The notes: generated by a model from the letters alone, not told the origin. DNA of 64,000 nucleotides from Lama glama (GCA_028534125.1 CM052816.1:87608001-87672000); one strand, 5' to 3'. Positions 25,640 through 39,425 are shown, counted from the first letter of the stretch. Program-made: numbers and translations.

Positions 25640-25965
25640 TTCTTTTTTTATTGAAGTATAATTAGTTTACACTACTGTGTCAATTTTTCAGGTACAGCAT
25701 AATGATTCAGTCATACATACATATACATATATTGGTCTTCATATTCTTTTTCATTATATGTTACAAGATATTGAATATAGTTCCCTGTGCTATACTGAAT
25801 AAACTTATTGTATATCTATTTTATATATGATAGTTAGTATCTGCAAATCTCGAACTCCTAATTTATCCCTTCCCACCCATTTTCCCTCCTGGATAAGTTA
25901 ATGATCTCCAGGTCCATCCATGTTGTTGCCAATGGCATTATTTTATTAATTTTTCTGGCTGAGTA

Positions 25966-25997
<32 letters not shown>

Positions 25998-26221
25998 CTC
26001 ACAACTTTTTATCTGGTCATCTGCTGATGGACATTTAGGTTGTTTCTATGTCTTGGCTATTATAAATAATGCTGCTATGAACATTGGGGTGCATGCATCT
26101 TTTTTAATTAAAGTTCCCTATGGATATATGCCCAAGAGTGGGATTGCTGGGTCATATAGTAAGTCTGTTTTTGTTTACTGAAGAATCTCCGTACTGTTTT
26201 CCATAATGGCTGCACCATACT
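25640..26221 (-). mobile_element. Cetartiodactyl-type L1 3' UTR / ORF2 end, with an internal deletion near 25893
   Basis: ttttttattgaagtataattagtttac...ttccctgtgctatac...tttatcccttcccaccc, then tccaggtccatccatgttgttg...gagtgggattgctgggtcatatagt...ttccataatggctgcacca. Confidence 0.92.
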
Positions 26222-26936
26222 ATGAAAGAAAATATTCTAAAGGCAGCAAGAGAAAAACAGAGTTACAAGGGAACCCTTCATTAGGCTTTTAGCTGATTTC
26301 TCTACACAAACACTGCTAACCAGAAGGGAGGGCAAAATATATTCAAAGTCCTGAATGAGAAAAAAAAGGTGCAATCTAGGACACTCTATCCAGAAAGACT
26401 TTCCTTTGGAATAGAAGGAGAGATAAAGAATTTCACAGACAAGCAAAAGCTAAAAGAATTCAGCAATATTAAACCTTTCCTAAAAGAAATATTGAAAGGT
26501 CTTTTCTAAATAGAAAAGAAGCAGAAAGCTCTAGAAAAGAGAAAACCATAATTGGAAATGTGATAACTACAATGAGCTGCAAGAGAATAAACATGAAGAT
26601 GTAAAAGTGGACATCAAAATCATTAAAGGTGGGAGAGGGGAGCAAGAAAATGTAGATTTTCTTTTCATTCTTCTTAGGATGTGTTTGAGCCTACATGACT
26701 ACCAGCCTGAAGCAAACAGCTATAGTAATGGGTTAACATGAAAAACAGGGTAACCACAAACCAAAAGCATACAGTAGAGTCACAAAAACCAAAAAGAAAT
26801 CAAGCTAATATAAAAGAAAATTATCAAACCACCAAAAGAAAAAAGAAAGGAATAAGGAATTCAACTGGAAAACAAAGTTTAAAATGATAATAAACACACA
26901 TCTATCAATAATTACCATAAATGTCAATGGACTAAC
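26222..26936 (+). mobile_element. L1 ORF1 C-terminus, inter-ORF spacer and start of ORF2 (degenerate), inverted relative to the adjacent 3' end
   Basis: Translates, with frameshifts, to KENILKAAREKQ...IRLLADFSTQTL...IEGEIKNFTDKQKLKEFSNIKPFLKEILKGLF* (stop 26507-26509). ORF2 starts at ATG 26884 as MIINTHLSIITINVNGL, the endonuclease N-terminal motif. Confidence 0.9.
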
Positions 26937-27139
26937 AACCAACATTTTATTAAAATAACTGACTTTAAACTTCATTCCTATAATCAGCTAAACAATTTAG
27001 AACATCTATTATATCTAATCTTTAGCTACATGTCTCAGAGATAAACTTAAAATTGTTATATCTTTACCTTTATTACATGACATGTTGATGATTTCCAGAA
27101 TTGAACCACTGGGTCAGTATTACTGACTTACTAAAGTAT

Positions 27140-27330
27140 CAAATAATGCCATCATTTAGTAAGTGCTTACTGTATTATAGATGTTTACATATATCAGCAC
27201 AATTCTCACAGTAACTATTCAAGATAGTGGAGATAACTGCTAATAGATAGAATAGGAAAGTACGGTTTTGAGAGATCAAGCAACTAGTCCCATGTCATAT
27301 AAAAATGAGTCAAAGACATGGATTATTCAG
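27140..27330 (-). mobile_element. MIR fragment
   Basis: aataatgccatcatttagtaagtgcttactgt...aattctcacagtaact...caagcaactagtcccatgtcata. Confidence 0.55.
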
Positions 27331-27334
27331 GCTC

Positions 27335-28410
27335 TTCCATTTATTTATCAAATACATGTTGAGTGTTTTACAGTATCTAGATTTTTTTCCCCTGGAAGTT
27401 GGGGACAGAAGAAAAGCCCTACCTTGCTGAAGCACAGTGAAGGCAGAGGAGGGAGAGAGGTGCAGGTAGAAAGAAGGCAGAGACCAATGCAGGGTTTTCC
27501 ATGGGATTGTGAAGAATTTGGACGATATTTTAGTTGCAAAGGAAAACTCATACATAACTTAAGCAGGGAAATGTTATAATCAGATTTAAGCAGTTAAAAA
27601 ATTATGCTGCAGATTGGCTGGGGGCAGAAACAATATAAAGGAAACCATTAAATTTGCAATACATGAACACAAATAATGGTCATTTGGACTGTAGTAGTAA
27701 GGATCTTAAGTAGTCAATTCTGGAGATACTTTGGAATTAGAATCAACTGGGTGCTCTGAAGGTATCAATGTGAAGTGTATGAAAGACGAATTAAGAGCAA
27801 CACCTTGCGTGTATCCTGAGCACTTAGGGGAATTAAGTGCCATTTAATGAGAAGAAGCCTAAGGTAAGGACAGGTTTTTAATGGGGAAATGGGATTTGAG
27901 TCTAACATGTAAAATTTAAGTTTATTAGGCAGTTAGATTTGTTAAACTGGCCATTGTGAATGCCAGTCACTAGTTCCTAAATGAGATCAAAACTCAAGAC
28001 ACAAGTGATATTTAAAATTAGGTCACTAGATGGAGTCACCCAGGGAGTGAATGAAGAGCTGATGAGGACAAGAGCCAAGCCCAAGAACATTTCACTGAAC
28101 AGTGTTGTCCTGAGGAGGAGAAACCAGCCAAAGAAAAAAATTTCTAATGAGATATGACCAGAACAGGGAGAGAGGGAGTGATGGATTCCAAGGGACAGGA
28201 AGGTTTCAAGAAGTGATGATACTGTAAAGTATTGCTGAGAAAGCTGAAGGAAAGAAAGATCAAGAAGTGACAGTTGCATCTGGTGGGGTACAGGTGTGGG
28301 CGAGTCGCTCTGAAGGCAATTTCAGTGAAGTGGTTGGGCTTAAGTCCAAGTTGTACGGGAATGGAGTGAGACAGCAGAGTAGAGGCAGTAAATACAATGA
28401 CAGCTATCCA
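27335..28410 (-). mobile_element. L2 3' region
   Basis: catttatttatcaaatacatgttgagtgtttt (L2 tail)...gatggagtcacccagggagtgaatgaag...gagaaaccagccaaag...gcaatttcagtgaagtggttggg. Confidence 0.75.
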
Positions 28411-28984
28411 GATTGTGTGTGTGTGTGTGTGTGTGTGTAAGAAACCTACATTTGAGAGCCACAAATGAGGATATTTTTAAAATGCTTCCCTTTGAATTTA
28501 AGTTCTATTTGCTTTCTCATTAAAGATTGTCAATCAATATCTGATATCAATTAATAATTAAATGTTCAGTTATCTCGCAATGGGTATCTGGGTGGAAGAT
28601 TAGTCATCACACCAATAAGAATAGTGTAAATCTATAGACAATTTCTATATATTACAAAGTTCCATATTTTTTTAAATTACTTAGCCACTACTAGACTAAT
28701 TGCAGCTACTGTATTATCTCGGTACTGCCTTCTTCATCGACAGACAGCTTATGTACAGAATAGATAACCATATAACGTTGATTTGTTAGTTAACTCTAGA
28801 ACAAATTAACTATCTCAAAGAATAAAAAATAGCAGATGAAAGAACACTGTGTCTTGGCTATGCTGTTCATGAATTGGAATTTGAGACCCAATGCATAGCG
28901 AATAACAATGTCGGGAGAGACGATGATGGTGAACTAAATGTATTTAGTCCTTCATCTCCTCCCGCACCTCCCAGAAAATACATC

Positions 28985-29255
28985 TAGGTTTGGGTTTCTC
29001 AAAAGCTGATCTTGAGACATGGCTTTGGGGTCAAATAATTTTGAAGGGAGGCAATTCCAGGAAGCACTGTGAGATAGTGGAAAGTGAGACAGGGAAGGGG
29101 GATGGCAAAAATGGTGCACATATTACTGCTCTGAGAAAGGTAGTTCAGTCCCACTGGTAACCTTCTGAGATAAATTGTGGAACTTGCCTCAGAATTTTCT
29201 CACTGAGGGGCGAGGAATCTGGAATATTTATTAACTGTCTCCTGCCTCTCCGTGG
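28985..29255 (-). mobile_element. ERVL LTR16-like fragment
   Basis: taggtttgggtttctcaaaagctgatcttgagacatggctttg...ccaggaagcactgtgagatagtggaaagtgagacagggaagg. Confidence 0.65.
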
Positions 29256-32200
29256 TAGTCCAGACCTGCAGCGGGTCGGATATGATATATATGATATATG
29301 CAAGAAGCATCAATTCTCCAGGCAACTGCATGCAGCTTGGAGATGAGGTTAGGGGATAGAGAGAGACACCAAAGCGTGGCTCTCACCAGCTAGCGCATCA
29401 ACCTCTTTTTATGATCTTTCACATTATAGGGTGGGTTTTTAAGGGAAAAAAGCCCAAAATTAATTTTTCTAGTTTTTAGAAGTTTTAAAAGTAGAAAGCA
29501 TTGGGTATATTTGTATTATGGTATATCTAGATACACAGAAATAAACTGGGAAGATTTAGACTATAAAGCTAGGCAAGATATGGGAACGTTGCAAGAGTAT
29601 TAGAACAGCTCGGTTCAAATGACGTTCTCCACACACTCCATTTTCATTTATTACTTTTATTGTGGGAACAAAAGTGGGAACAATAAAGGTGCATAAATAA
29701 ACTCTCTCAGCCATGTTATGGAGACCATCCATGCCAGCACAATTTTCATTAATTGATACATTCTGTGTGTAATTTTTAAAGTTAATAAAGGAGTATAGAG
29801 AATGGCCAGTTAAAATGGAAATAATACATGGACACATCAAGTAGAGTATTTTTTTTAAGTCATAGAATCAGGAAGTGTCATGACATTTAAATAGGCTTAA
29901 AGAAAGTTCAAAGTTAAGATCAAATTAATTATGCAAATTGACTGACAGTATAATCAAAATAAATTATTTCAATCCTTTGGATCCAATGCAGATATTTGCT
30001 ATAAAAACCATCCACATAAGGTTAATAGCAGAGCTGTGGGAGGAAAGTTTCTGAGGGGGAAATGTGCTCAAGAGACCCATTTCCAATCGCTGTACAAGTC
30101 AATATTGTGATCCTCCACACAATTTGTTCAATTTATTGAATATTTGCTTCTATAAATTCCCTTAATGTATTCAGATCAGTTACCTCTTCAAACACTGAGT
30201 AAACTATAATTGATGTTAATTAACCCACTATCAAACATATGGAGCAAAATATGATGTATTAATTGATATGTTATCTATAAAAATAAATTATCTTTTTATC
30301 CCAGATAGGCTATATTATCAGCCCTGACACATGTTGTCACACATTTTCTCATCTCAAATTAAGAATGCAATATAAATAGAAAAGGGAGGTGCTGTTAATG
30401 AAGCCTATCTAATCAGAAAAAATGGTATAGTTTAGATAATATAAGAGTAGTATATTATCTGACAATATTATTTTAAAAACAAATCTGTTCTTCACTGAGG
30501 AGAAAAATGGGCTGACAGCTAATGAATACATTTATACTTCCATGGTTCTGAAATCACGTGTAGCTTCTCAAGATAGGTGCATCCCTGGGTCAATTCTGAC
30601 TGTGTGCATGCAGCTATGTAACAAATCTCTTGTTCTATAGAGAGTGATCCAGTAAATAGTGGACTAGACAGTCACAAGATAACCTTTAAAAGTAACTTTC
30701 ACACTAACTCTCTCTGTTCAGTTTTGTTACATGACTGTTTTCTTTCAACTTTTTCATTGCAAGAATGCTAAGGCGAACTTTCTTTAGAACACTGTCTTCT
30801 GCTGATGCTGTATAAAACAGCTCCCCAAATGGACATGCATCATTCAAAATGAGTCAGGATGATTTCAAATGAAGAGTTGTCTCCTTATGCATGACCAGCT
30901 GAAGCATTTTACAGTTCTATTTTGAAAGGGATATGTATCTACTGTCTATAGATATATCTATTATGTCTATCTACCTATCTATCCATCTATTACTTATATA
31001 TATTACATCTATTTATCTAACCTCAGATGAAATGCTGAATATATTAGCTTATTTGTTTTGCATTTGCTTGAGATCAGAGTAAGACAAATAGGCTTGCCTT
31101 CTGTAATATCGTGAAATATGTAAACATTAAGATTATAAGTGGAGCCTGAAAAAATAAATTTACTTTGACACACCACACAAAATCTTTCAACTTATTAAAT
31201 ATGTGTGTGCATATGGATTGTAGACCTCCTGTCTTTCCTAACACAGCACATTGCACTCTCTTCTTTCTTGACTATGTGGAAGTGACACTTTACTAAACTG
31301 AGATGTTGGGCTGTAACATAACGTTGCCTAATGTAATGTGCTCTGTGATTTATGGTGGCGTTATGGTGGAGTTCGGCATGGAGTTATGGTGGAGTTCAGC
31401 ATAACACTAACTGAAAATTTAAAGAACAGTCTTTTCTCCAGGTATGCAATCAACGTCTCACAGTATTTTACAGACAGGATATTACTTAACATTATCTAAA
31501 TTAAACTGACAGTATGTATGGAAGTTCAATGATTCCTTTGTTTACACATAGAAATGTATGAAATAAAGTGATCTGAAAATAACAAAGTTTTCACAAATTT
31601 TTCATTTTTATTTAAATTTTACTCACCGCTATTGCTTTTATAATTTAAAATCATTAATATGCATCTTTTTCATTTACTATACTATTAATAACATGAATAT
31701 ATTGAACCAAATAGTGAATTGTAGTTTTCTGACAACAAATCTAGATGATGTTTTTCTGACATCAATTTGTAACTCCCATATGTATGTAATGAAACATATA
31801 TTTCATATTTTTTTGCTAATAAATATTTTTCTCAGTTGCTCTAATAATTTTATCTTGTACTTTAACAATTATATATAAGTTCAAAGATGTCAGGTAACTC
31901 TGAAAAATAGAATTAGTATAATTATAATTTACATGTTATTTATATCATTTAAAATATGTAGAAGGAAATATTTATGGATTAAACATAATTATTGATGCTT
32001 ATACATATGCTATGTGTAAGAAGCATCTTTTCTGAATGCTTACCAAATGGTCTAAAATATAAGGTCTGAGACTACAAATTATATGTCCTTATCCCCTTAC
32101 TTCAGTCTTAGTAGAGTTTGTTATGACCCTGCTATTCTTGTTTCTCAAGCATTTACCAAGTCATCTAGGGATCTATATTATAGCAGATTTATCCGTCTTT

Positions 32201-33301
32201 ACCTTGCCCTACATGTCTGTTAGTATGTTAATTCCTGCCACACAATTTCAAACAATTTCATGGCTCGAAGTGGCAAAAGTATGACCTGCTATTGCTGAAG
32301 CTAAAGATAGTTCTAGCTGATTTAAACACTGTTGCAGTGGCTTTCTGTCTGCATAAGCAGGATAACCCAAGAACATTCTTTAGAGGCAGAAGGATCCTGG
32401 CGTTGATGCATGTTGAGCCAGCAAGGGTGATGGCCTCTTTAGGGCCTTTGAACTACATTGCTCTAAGTGTCTCAGCACAATGACCTAATCAATTTAAGGT
32501 TAGGACTCTGTCTTCCCTCTTTGCACACATATTCACCTCAAAGTTAGGCAGAAGCACCTTGTAAAATCCAATCATAAAATCACATGTTACACAGGGAGAT
32601 GAATAAATGAAAACTCGTGTTTTGTGCGTGTGTGTGTGTGTAGATTGGGTGGGTAGAGTATTTTTGCCACTTCTCACTAGGTTGTAGTTAACCCTTAGCT
32701 TCCTTTAATTTAAAAAATAAAGATTGCCTATAACTTCTTCTTTCAGCATGGCGCATATCTGATCATACAGTCACTGTGTGAGAGGAAAAAAGTGGCATTT
32801 TATGATGTGTTAAACTACACGGTGTCTGTAATGTACTCACTACTCACTCAGGAATGGATGATCTGAGATTACAATATTGTGGCTACTCTTTTAATCTTTG
32901 TACAGAATATGACAGTTCTTGATCTTACAGGAAAAGATCTGATCTTGTTATAGATTGAGAGAGTCTTTAACTCTTCTGTGGAAGTAGCTACTGTTGCCAA
33001 ATAATTGTATTTCATCATATGCAGAACTGATCTATCCCCATCAATTATCTTCTTGTCATTCTTTTGGCTGTTTAATTTTTCATCAGATTTTAAACAACAG
33101 GAATCTCCCTTTGTGAACACTGTCTAACTTCATCCTGCCATGCATCAGTGGAAGGCAACTGTGATTACTAGGAGACAACCTAAAAGGAAGAGAAAACTGA
33201 CCCATTTTTTTGCCTCAATATTGTCTTTTTTTTTTACTACTTCTATATATCTTTCTTTTTAATTCTCTACTATTTGAGTGAATGGAAGAGAGAAGTCTTG
33301 A

Positions 33302-33759
33302 TTTTTTTCCAGCTTTATTGAAATATAATTGACACATAACCTTGTGTGTAAGTTTAAGGTATACAATGAAGTCATTTGATATATGTATATATTGCAAAAT
33401 GATTGCCACAGTGAGGTTAGTTAATATAACCAGCACCTCAGATAGTTACCATTGTGTGTGTGTGTGGTGAGAACCTCTAAAATCTATTTCTTTAGCAACT
33501 TTCAAACATAGAATTTAGTACTGTTTACTTTAGTTGCTATGCTCTGTTTTACAACCCCAGCACTTATGTATTTTATAACTGGTAGTTTGTACCTTTTGAC
33601 CGCCTTCATCTATTTCTCCCACTCTCCACCCTCTGTCCTTGGCAGACACCAATCTGTTATCTATTGCTTTGAATTTTCTTTTTTTAGATTCCATATATAG
33701 ATGAGATTATGCAGTATTTTATATATTAATATAGGAATATTCTATATTACATCTGTAAT

Positions 33760-33797
<38 letters not shown>

Positions 33798-34097
33798 GTG
33801 GTAACATTGTAAGGATTTTTCCTTCCATAAGTGTAAAATCACATTTTCTTAAACTATTCATCCATCAGTGGACACTTAAGTTGTTTTTATATCTTAGCTA
33901 TTGTAAATGATACTGCAGTGAACAGGGAGGTGCAAATATCTTTTTGAGACAGTGATTTCATTTCCTTTGTATATACACCCAGAAGTAGAATTACTTGATC
34001 ATATGGTAGTTCTATTTTTAATTTTTGAAGAAAACTTCAGAGTGTTTTTCATAGTGGCTTTACCAATTTACATTCCCATCAACAGTGTGCAAGTGTT
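33302..34097 (-). mobile_element. L1MA-like 3' region with internal (TA)n
   Basis: ttccagctttattgaaatataattgac...tcttttagcaactttcaa-like segment...atacacccagaagtagaattacttgatcatatggtagttctatttttaa...acattcccatcaacagtgtgcaag. Confidence 0.9.
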
Positions 34098-35040
34098 GAG
34101 AGGAAAGTCTTCAGATTATTGATCTGTCCTGGGGCACTAAAATCTCATAGGAATGTCAGGAGCTGCTTGTTAAAAAAAAAAATTGATGTATTTTAGTTTT
34201 CAAAAGACTGGGCATGTGGTTTGAAATATGTTTACAGGTATTGACATTGATGTATAGGGAAAGTATCTTAGGACCAAAGATTTGTACTATCAAAAGGCTA
34301 TAACTAAACTTGGAAATTGTGAAATTCAGCCTCATCATTCTAGATATAAGACTTCTGAGGTCCAGTCTATTAAATTTGCTTAACACAGCAGAGCTAGTTT
34401 GTAGTAAAATTGGGAACAGAGCCTAAATTGTCTGTGCTTCTTTTATTAATTTTCTTTCTACATGATAGTTTCCTAGAAATGAAGAAAGTCACAGCATTTC
34501 TTCTTGGGTACATTTTTAATATTAATGTTTATTCTTCTTTTGGCAGTTCAATATTAGAAATACTGACTCCAGTGCCCATAATCAGTGAATATTAATCTGA
34601 GATCATAATTTAATTATTAACAACTTTGTTATCAGTGTACATGACTGTTTTGAAATAGTCACCAAATATTTCTAAGTCAGTCATTAATTGGTGAATACTG
34701 ACTGGAAGATTCTGAACTCTTACTGTCTAAATTGTATCAATTTGCCAGATTTTCTGATGGGCTTTTAATATTCAGTCATAAACAGAAAACAAAATACATT
34801 ACAGCATTCAATAAAATTTTAAAAATCTAAAAATAATGTGTGTATGTGAAATCAGAACAATATACCTGCTATATTAGTGGAACAATCTACCCAGATTTTG
34901 CTATTGTCAAAGGTGTATAATTTATTTTCCCTTTATGAGAATAGCATTAAGATGTTGGTTGGTAATGTATATGATTTGTGTGTATTACTTGACTTGATCC
35001 TCTGAAGGTGTAGGCATTTTTAATCCATTTGGCACTTAAG

Positions 35041-35300
35041 TGGGAAGGGATAAATTGGGAGTTTGAGATTTGAAGATACTAACTAATGTACATAAAATAA
35101 ACAACAAGTTCATACTGTATAGCACAGGGAACTATATTCAATATCTTGTAGTAATCTATGGTGAAAAAGAATATGAAAATGAATATATGTTCATGTATGA
35201 CCGAAGCATTATGCTGTACACCAGAAATTGACACATTGTAAACTAACTACACTACAATAAAAAAATGTATACAAAAATAGATAAAATTAAAAAAAAGAAA
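35041..35300 (+). mobile_element. 5'-truncated cetartiodactyl/camelid-type L1 3' end with A-rich tail
   Basis: tgggaagggataaattgggagtttgagatttg...tactgtatagcacagggaactatattcaatatcttgtag...ccagaaattgacacattgtaaac...aataaaaaa. Confidence 0.92.
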
Positions 35301-36544
35301 CAATGGCTAAAAGATAATGTATGTGCCTTTAGTTTCACAGTAAACTAGATACAGAGGTAGAGAATGAACATCATTCCCCTGGCTCTGACTTTATGGCTCT
35401 TTTCCTTTAACTGAAGAATTGTAGGAACTTAGTGTTAGAGTTTTCTTTGACCTCATTAAATATATCACTAGTAAAATTTTTCTATTTGAGAAGACACACA
35501 TAGGAAAATGCCTTGTGATCAAATCATTTTTATTGCTATTTGCCTGTTTAGAGGCTACTGTCAAAAGTCATCAATACCGATAAACATAAAACTGAAGTCA
35601 AGCATCTCTGAATTCCACACACATTTTTGCAGAGTGTTGTAATCTGTATCATAGGCATCATTAACTTAAGCAATTAAGTTCAATGTCCTAGTTTCTGCTG
35701 AAAAGTGTTACTATTTTTAGAATTTTCTTCATGTCTTAACATTGCTTCACTGCTCTTGCACCTCATGAGGAAAAAGAATCACATTTATGTTAATTCTTTT
35801 TAAAATTTCTCACTGCAGCCAAAGGGTGATAAACATGAACTGTCTCAGTAATTAAGTCAAAGTATTGCTCTTAAGGAAGTCCAGCTTAGAAGAAGCCGTG
35901 GCTGCAGGTGGTTACTTTAAATAAAAACCAATCATTAATTTCAGCCCCGCTTCTGGGGACTCTCTTGGTGATTATAAATCACTGAAATTGGTTTACGACG
36001 GCACTAATATACTTTAAAACAACTTGGTAGAAAACATGGTTGAACAGCCATTTGGCAATCTGAACACTCTTTTCTTTACACACTTATTTTCTGCCAGTTA
36101 TTCTACAGAAAGTTATTGGTTGGATTTCACTGGCAACATGTATAATTATTTACTAAAATAGAAAATAACTTTGCTTTTATAAACAAGATAGAGTTTATGT
36201 GGTATGAAGTTGTATGTCAGCAGGAACATCAGAGTCTGTATTGAGAGATATGAATATTATCTTTTCTTATTCTAACCTGCAGATAAAAACTATTTTGCAG
36301 CTGTTAACATTGATTAAACATTATAAATTAAAAGTCTAGTCAAAAAGCTGCCATCTCTTAAAAGTAATGTGGTCTTTCTTCTAAGGTGTACACTTCTTTC
36401 AAAACTTAGCAAAGGGTTCTATAAATGTAACAGAAGGGCGATAAAGCTCATCTTTAGTTGCTTTGCAGTCTAACTGAGCAAATAAAAGCAAATGACCAGC
36501 AATCAATTCTGATCAATTCAAAAGAAATATATTTGTGACTTATA

Positions 36545-36715
36545 GGGTGTTGACATGAGATTCAAGTCCTTGAAGAGTCAGAGAAATCCTAATTCTAATC
36601 ATAGTTTTGCCTAGTGTGTGTCCTTGGAAAAGTCCCAAAGCTTAGATCCTAATTTCACCCACTTGTTGATTGAGAGGCCAGGATTCCATCTCTAAGACCT
36701 AGGCCTTCAGTCTCT
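36545..36715 (+). mobile_element. MIR fragment
   Basis: gagtcagagaaatcctaattctaatc...tgtgtgtccttggaaaagtc...aatttcacccacttg. Confidence 0.55.
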
Positions 36716-36719
36716 CATT

Positions 36720-37008
36720 TGTATCTCTGGAGGCATGTGGGTTTTTAAAATCCAGACCTTGGAGGATTTTAAGATGATAATGAGGCACAGACAAGGTGTG
36801 TTACCTAAAGTGGGTAACTCTGGGACCGTCCTACCCTGTCATCAAGCATGTCATCATTTCTACAGAGAACCATGAACAATCTCACTAAGGAGACACCATC
36901 TATCTGATCAGGTTTTGCTACCAAGTGAGTTCTTGCCAAACTTGAACCAATATCTTCATCCTCAGTACATTTGGGATATTGAAATTTTAGGAAAAGTATG
37001 GTGTCTCA
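36720..37008 (-). mobile_element. MER46C-like Tigger-family MITE
   Basis: catgaacaatctcactaagg...tcaggttttgctaccaagtgagt...tttgggatattgaaattttaggaaaag resembles recalled antisense MER46C. Confidence 0.55.
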
Positions 37009-38924
37009 CACCACACGGCTTGACAATTCAAAAATCACATCTACTTTAGATGCCAGGGCTTTACATCATTTCGCCCAAGACTCAGCACTTTATCTCACAC
37101 TTCATGTGCAAGTCAAGAGGAGAAGCATGACATGAAGAGTGCCTGGCAAGCTGCCAAAGGCCTCAGCAGCTGCGTGTCCAGGTGGGACTTCATGGGGCTT
37201 TGACAGGGGAAGTGTCACTCACGTGTCTGACACCATTGTCTTCCCCCAGCAGGAGGTGGGCCACTTGATGGCTTAGTGGGCAGGAGAGCTACAATTAATC
37301 CTCCTGGCAGAAGTGGCTTTTGCACAGGACTTATTAGTCACTTCTAAAAATACAAACCTAAATGCCAGGAAACAAATGACTTCCCTTGGAGACTGAGAAC
37401 ATCTCTCTTACCGAGATTATCCAACCAATAAGAGTGAGATCATTTTTACATCTCGACTGAGAAGTATTTAAAATATAGAGACTGCAGATCATGAGGTACA
37501 GGTGTGGGTAATTAATTAAAGCATTGAAAATAATTGCTATGGATGTATATATATAAATGCATGTGCATATATGCATACATAACTCATATGCCACTCATCC
37601 TATGATAATTTTGCTTAACAGAAATAACATGTCTTTCTTTTTTTATTTTTGGGTCTTTGTGTTAAGTTAGCTTTCTTGAAACTTGTGGTGAACAGATGCC
37701 AGGGTTGTACAAGTGAACCTGGCTTTACACAATAAATGTATTCTTTCAGTTTGAATGTAGGTGGATTCATATTTTAATTTCACAGGGTAATGGGATACTA
37801 AAAGTAATCCTGGATGAATCACTGTGTTCCTCACACATATAATCACCTTGAAAGTACCACAGGCTTGGAATTTTACAAATGGATTTCTTTTTTTAAAACT
37901 GTATAGTAATTTGTGTGTAAAAAAATAGACCAGAAGAAATTCTTTATACCAAGCAACGACCAAACGTGAAGACAGCTGCTTTCAAAATGTGGGAGTTAGA
38001 GTCCTTTGCTGGCTTCTGTGCTAAAGATTTAATAATGCTGATGGAAATTTTTAAATTGCCAAAAATAAAAAACTCTGTTAAAATGGAGAATTTGGAGTTA
38101 AGTACAAATCATAATTTCTACATTTTGGAGCAATTTTCTCCAATTTGGAGTAATTTTCTCCTTAAATATAATGTTTAATTAATAAAGTGACATAGAATTT
38201 CCCCTCCTCTCTCTCCAGTCATAATATATACATAACATATGCATATATATTTTATGTATGTGTGTGTGTGTGTGTATACACATAATACACATACTTGTAT
38301 ATAGGGGCATACTCATCCTAAGGCTATACTGTGTGATATTTTGGTAATTAAAGATATAAAATTGCTCTATGCTAAAAAAATAAACATTTTATCTCTGTCA
38401 ATCAGTATGCACATGTTTTGTTGTTCACTTGGAGTATTGGCTTAAAAACAAGAAATCACAGTAGAACATCTCATTGACATTCAAGAGAAAAATAGTGCTG
38501 ACAGAATGTTACAAGAACTGGAGTGGATCCTGGCCAAGAGCGTAAATTAAAAACAGTCTGATAGCTGTCTTAACATTTTACAAGGCAAGCAATATGATCA
38601 AGTTGTTGAGCTGACATCATAGAATCATTTGAAACCAAGATTCGGTTCTGTTTCAGAGATACAATTTTTATAGCCTTGCTACTTTGATTAAATGGTGCAA
38701 CTTTGAAGCTTTGGAAAGTGGAGCATCTATGCAGATTGTATACGCACAGCACACTCATTCACTCATACATACTTTTATGTACACCCTCAAGGACAAAATA
38801 GCAAACGTTTCCTGGAATTGAATCTTAGTGTCTCCTCATTTATTTGGCCTCTTATCTGTATCTTGGTTTATAAACATCACATATTTACATCAATTTCTGA
38901 CACATATTTTCATACAATACATCA

Positions 38925-39425
38925 TCTTTTTTTCTTTTAATAGACTTTATTATTTTCGAGCAGTTTCAGGTTCACAACAGAGTTGAGCAGAAAATACAGA
39001 GAGTTTGCACATAGCTCTCCCCACCCACACATACATACTTCCCTACCCTCAAAATCCCTCACCAGTGTGGCATATTTGGTTCAATCGATGAACCAACATG
39101 GACACATTATTATCAACCAAAGTCCATAGTTTACATTAGGGTTCACTCAATGTTGTACATTCTATGGGTTTTGACAAATGCGTAATGACATGTAGCCACC
39201 ACTATGGTATCATACAGAATAATTTCATTGCCCTATAAATCCCTTGTGCTCCGTCTATTCATTCCTCCCTCCCTCCCTTTCCCCAAACTCCTGGAAACCA
39301 CAGTCTTTTTATTGTTTCTGTAGCTGTGCCTTTTCCAGAATGTCATTTGGTTGGAATCATACGGCTTGTAGCCTTTTCAGACTGGCTTCTTTCATTTAGT
39401 AATATGGCTTTTAAGTTTCTATGCG
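38925..39425 (-). mobile_element. L1MC-like 3' end
   Basis: ttttaatagactttattattttcgagcagtttcaggttcacaacagagttgagcagaaaatacagagagtt...tgccttttccagaatgtcatttggttggaatcatac. Confidence 0.88.
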
